A DNA stretch of 63,807 nt, counting the filler, from Octopus bimaculoides (lineage: Eukaryota): NCBI RefSeq assembly GCF_001194135.2. It is 5 parts of 5 records of this genome, joined end to end, with 100 filler letters (N's around TTAATTAATTAA, not from the genome) between each part and the next. Parts side by side here need not be neighbours in the genome. Positions count along the whole stretch, not along the records: positions 62,531 to 63,807 come from NW_026394981.1; 4 more parts are not named here. One strand, 5' to 3'. Below, piece by piece: positions 62,531 to 63,807 of the stretch. The notes beneath the pieces are model-generated. The model saw only the letters and a list, made by a program, of their open reading frames with translations. It had not been told where the DNA came from and made no database searches. The translations under genes and the position numbers were made by a program. Every line of letters begins with the position of its first letter. The first letter of the stretch is position 1.

Positions 62531-63807
62531 CTCCCCTACCTTTGGGTAGCGCATAAAGTTTGTGTAATGTTTGCAGGTTGGAGGTACTGTTTTGCTTATG
62601 AGTTCTGCCAATTGCAAGCTTTCTTTTCAAGTACACGACACTGCTTTTCCCCTTCCAAGGCCACAGGCCCACACCCCCAACACCCACACTGTTAGGATTG
62701 GCACTCTCAATGTCGGCACGCTGAAAGGTAGGTCTGGTGAAATTGTTGAGATGCTTGAACGGAGATGTGTAGATATGTGCTGCATCTAGGAAGTAAGATG
62801 GAGAGGAGGTTCTGCGAGGTTCCTCACAGGCAAAGAACACAGGTACAAGATTTTCTGGGCAGGGAACACTGACGAGGTCGGGGACGTAGGAATACTTCTA
62901 GCAGAGAAATGGGTTGATAAGGTAATCAAGGTAGTTAGAGTATGTGACAGAGTACTTAGTGCTTCATCATAGATTAGCTACTGTCATCTCAGCCTATGGC
63001 CCTCAACCGGGGCTCCCGGATGGGCTGAAAGACCAATTCTATGACACCCTCTTGCAAACTACCTCGTCGATGAGTGACAGGGACCTTCTCTTTGTGGCTG
63101 GAGACTTCAATGATCATGTTGGACGTCGCTCTGGAGGCTTCCATGGCATACATGGAGGCTATGGCTTCGGTTCCCGCAACGAGGAGGGAACCAGACTGCT
63201 GGAGTTCTGTGATGCAACCGATCTTATGGTCTGCAATACCAACTTCAGGAAACCTGCCTGTCACCTAGTTACCTACCAATCCAGCAGACACTCTAGCCAA
63301 ATCGACTACATCCTCGCCAGAAATAGGGAAAGAGGGCGGCTTATAAATGCCAAAACCTTCCCTGGCAGAGAATGTACCCCACAATATAGATTAGTAGTTA
63401 GCGACTTCGGGATCAAGGCAAAATGGGTGCCCAGAAGTAGACCGGCTTGGAGGAGAAGGGTGTGGAAGCTTAAAGACACTGCAAATGGATAGAGACTTAG
63501 AGACAAGTTACTCGAAGCATTTGATGAAATAGAAGGGGATATAGCATCATACAACGTAGAAGACAATTGGAGATTTCTGCAGGACAACCTGTTGAGAGCC
63601 ACCGACCAGATCTGTGGCTGGTGTAAAGTCCCCTCTCGACCCAGAGTAACGTGGTGGTGGAACAAGGAGGTAGACAGGGCTATTAGACAAAAGAAACAGG
63701 CTTGGAAGGACTGGAAGAATGGTGGTAGCAGGGAATTATACCAATCTGTCAGAAGAAAAGCTAGGCGACAGGTTTATTTAACCAGAGGGGAAGCAGATAA
63801 GAAAAGA
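62531..63807 (+). mobile_element. RTE-clade LINE, apurinic endonuclease domain, pseudogenised; runs off the window end
   Basis: RIGTLNVGTL, DMCCI*EVRWRG, ISAYGPQ, VAGDFNDHVG, RNEEGTRLLEFC, SQIDYIL and WWWNKEV motifs; in-frame TAGs at about 62787 and 63490 and a frameshift near 62960. Confidence 0.92.

Overview
Eukaryotic, AT-rich, microsatellite- and SINE-dense draft sequence with many N gaps. The repeat families look like coleoid cephalopod, most likely Octopus (inference from recalled repeat families, not verified). One gene segment is unambiguous: the terminal coding exon of Wnt5 on the minus strand (19414-19875). I could not find its upstream exons in the visible sequence. A second, unrecognised minus-strand gene is proposed from splice signals: exons at 46975-47033, 46723-46767 (45 nt), 45931-45948 (18 nt), 42855-42866 (12 nt) and a last exon starting at 39262. 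It is supported independently by a CpG-rich 5' end and strong CpG decay of the transposons in its introns. The rest is transposon debris: hAT, Tc1/mariner, Merlin-like and other MITEs, RTE/CR1/R4-type LINE pieces and several SINE families. Notable structures include a Penelope-like remnant with a hammerhead-ribozyme core, two hAT MITEs sharing a triplicated target site, and a MITE carrying TTAGGG repeats. Four TTAATTAATTAA spacers inside N runs are artificial scaffold joins, so long-range order is provisional. SINE and LINE boundaries are approximate. No database searches were run.
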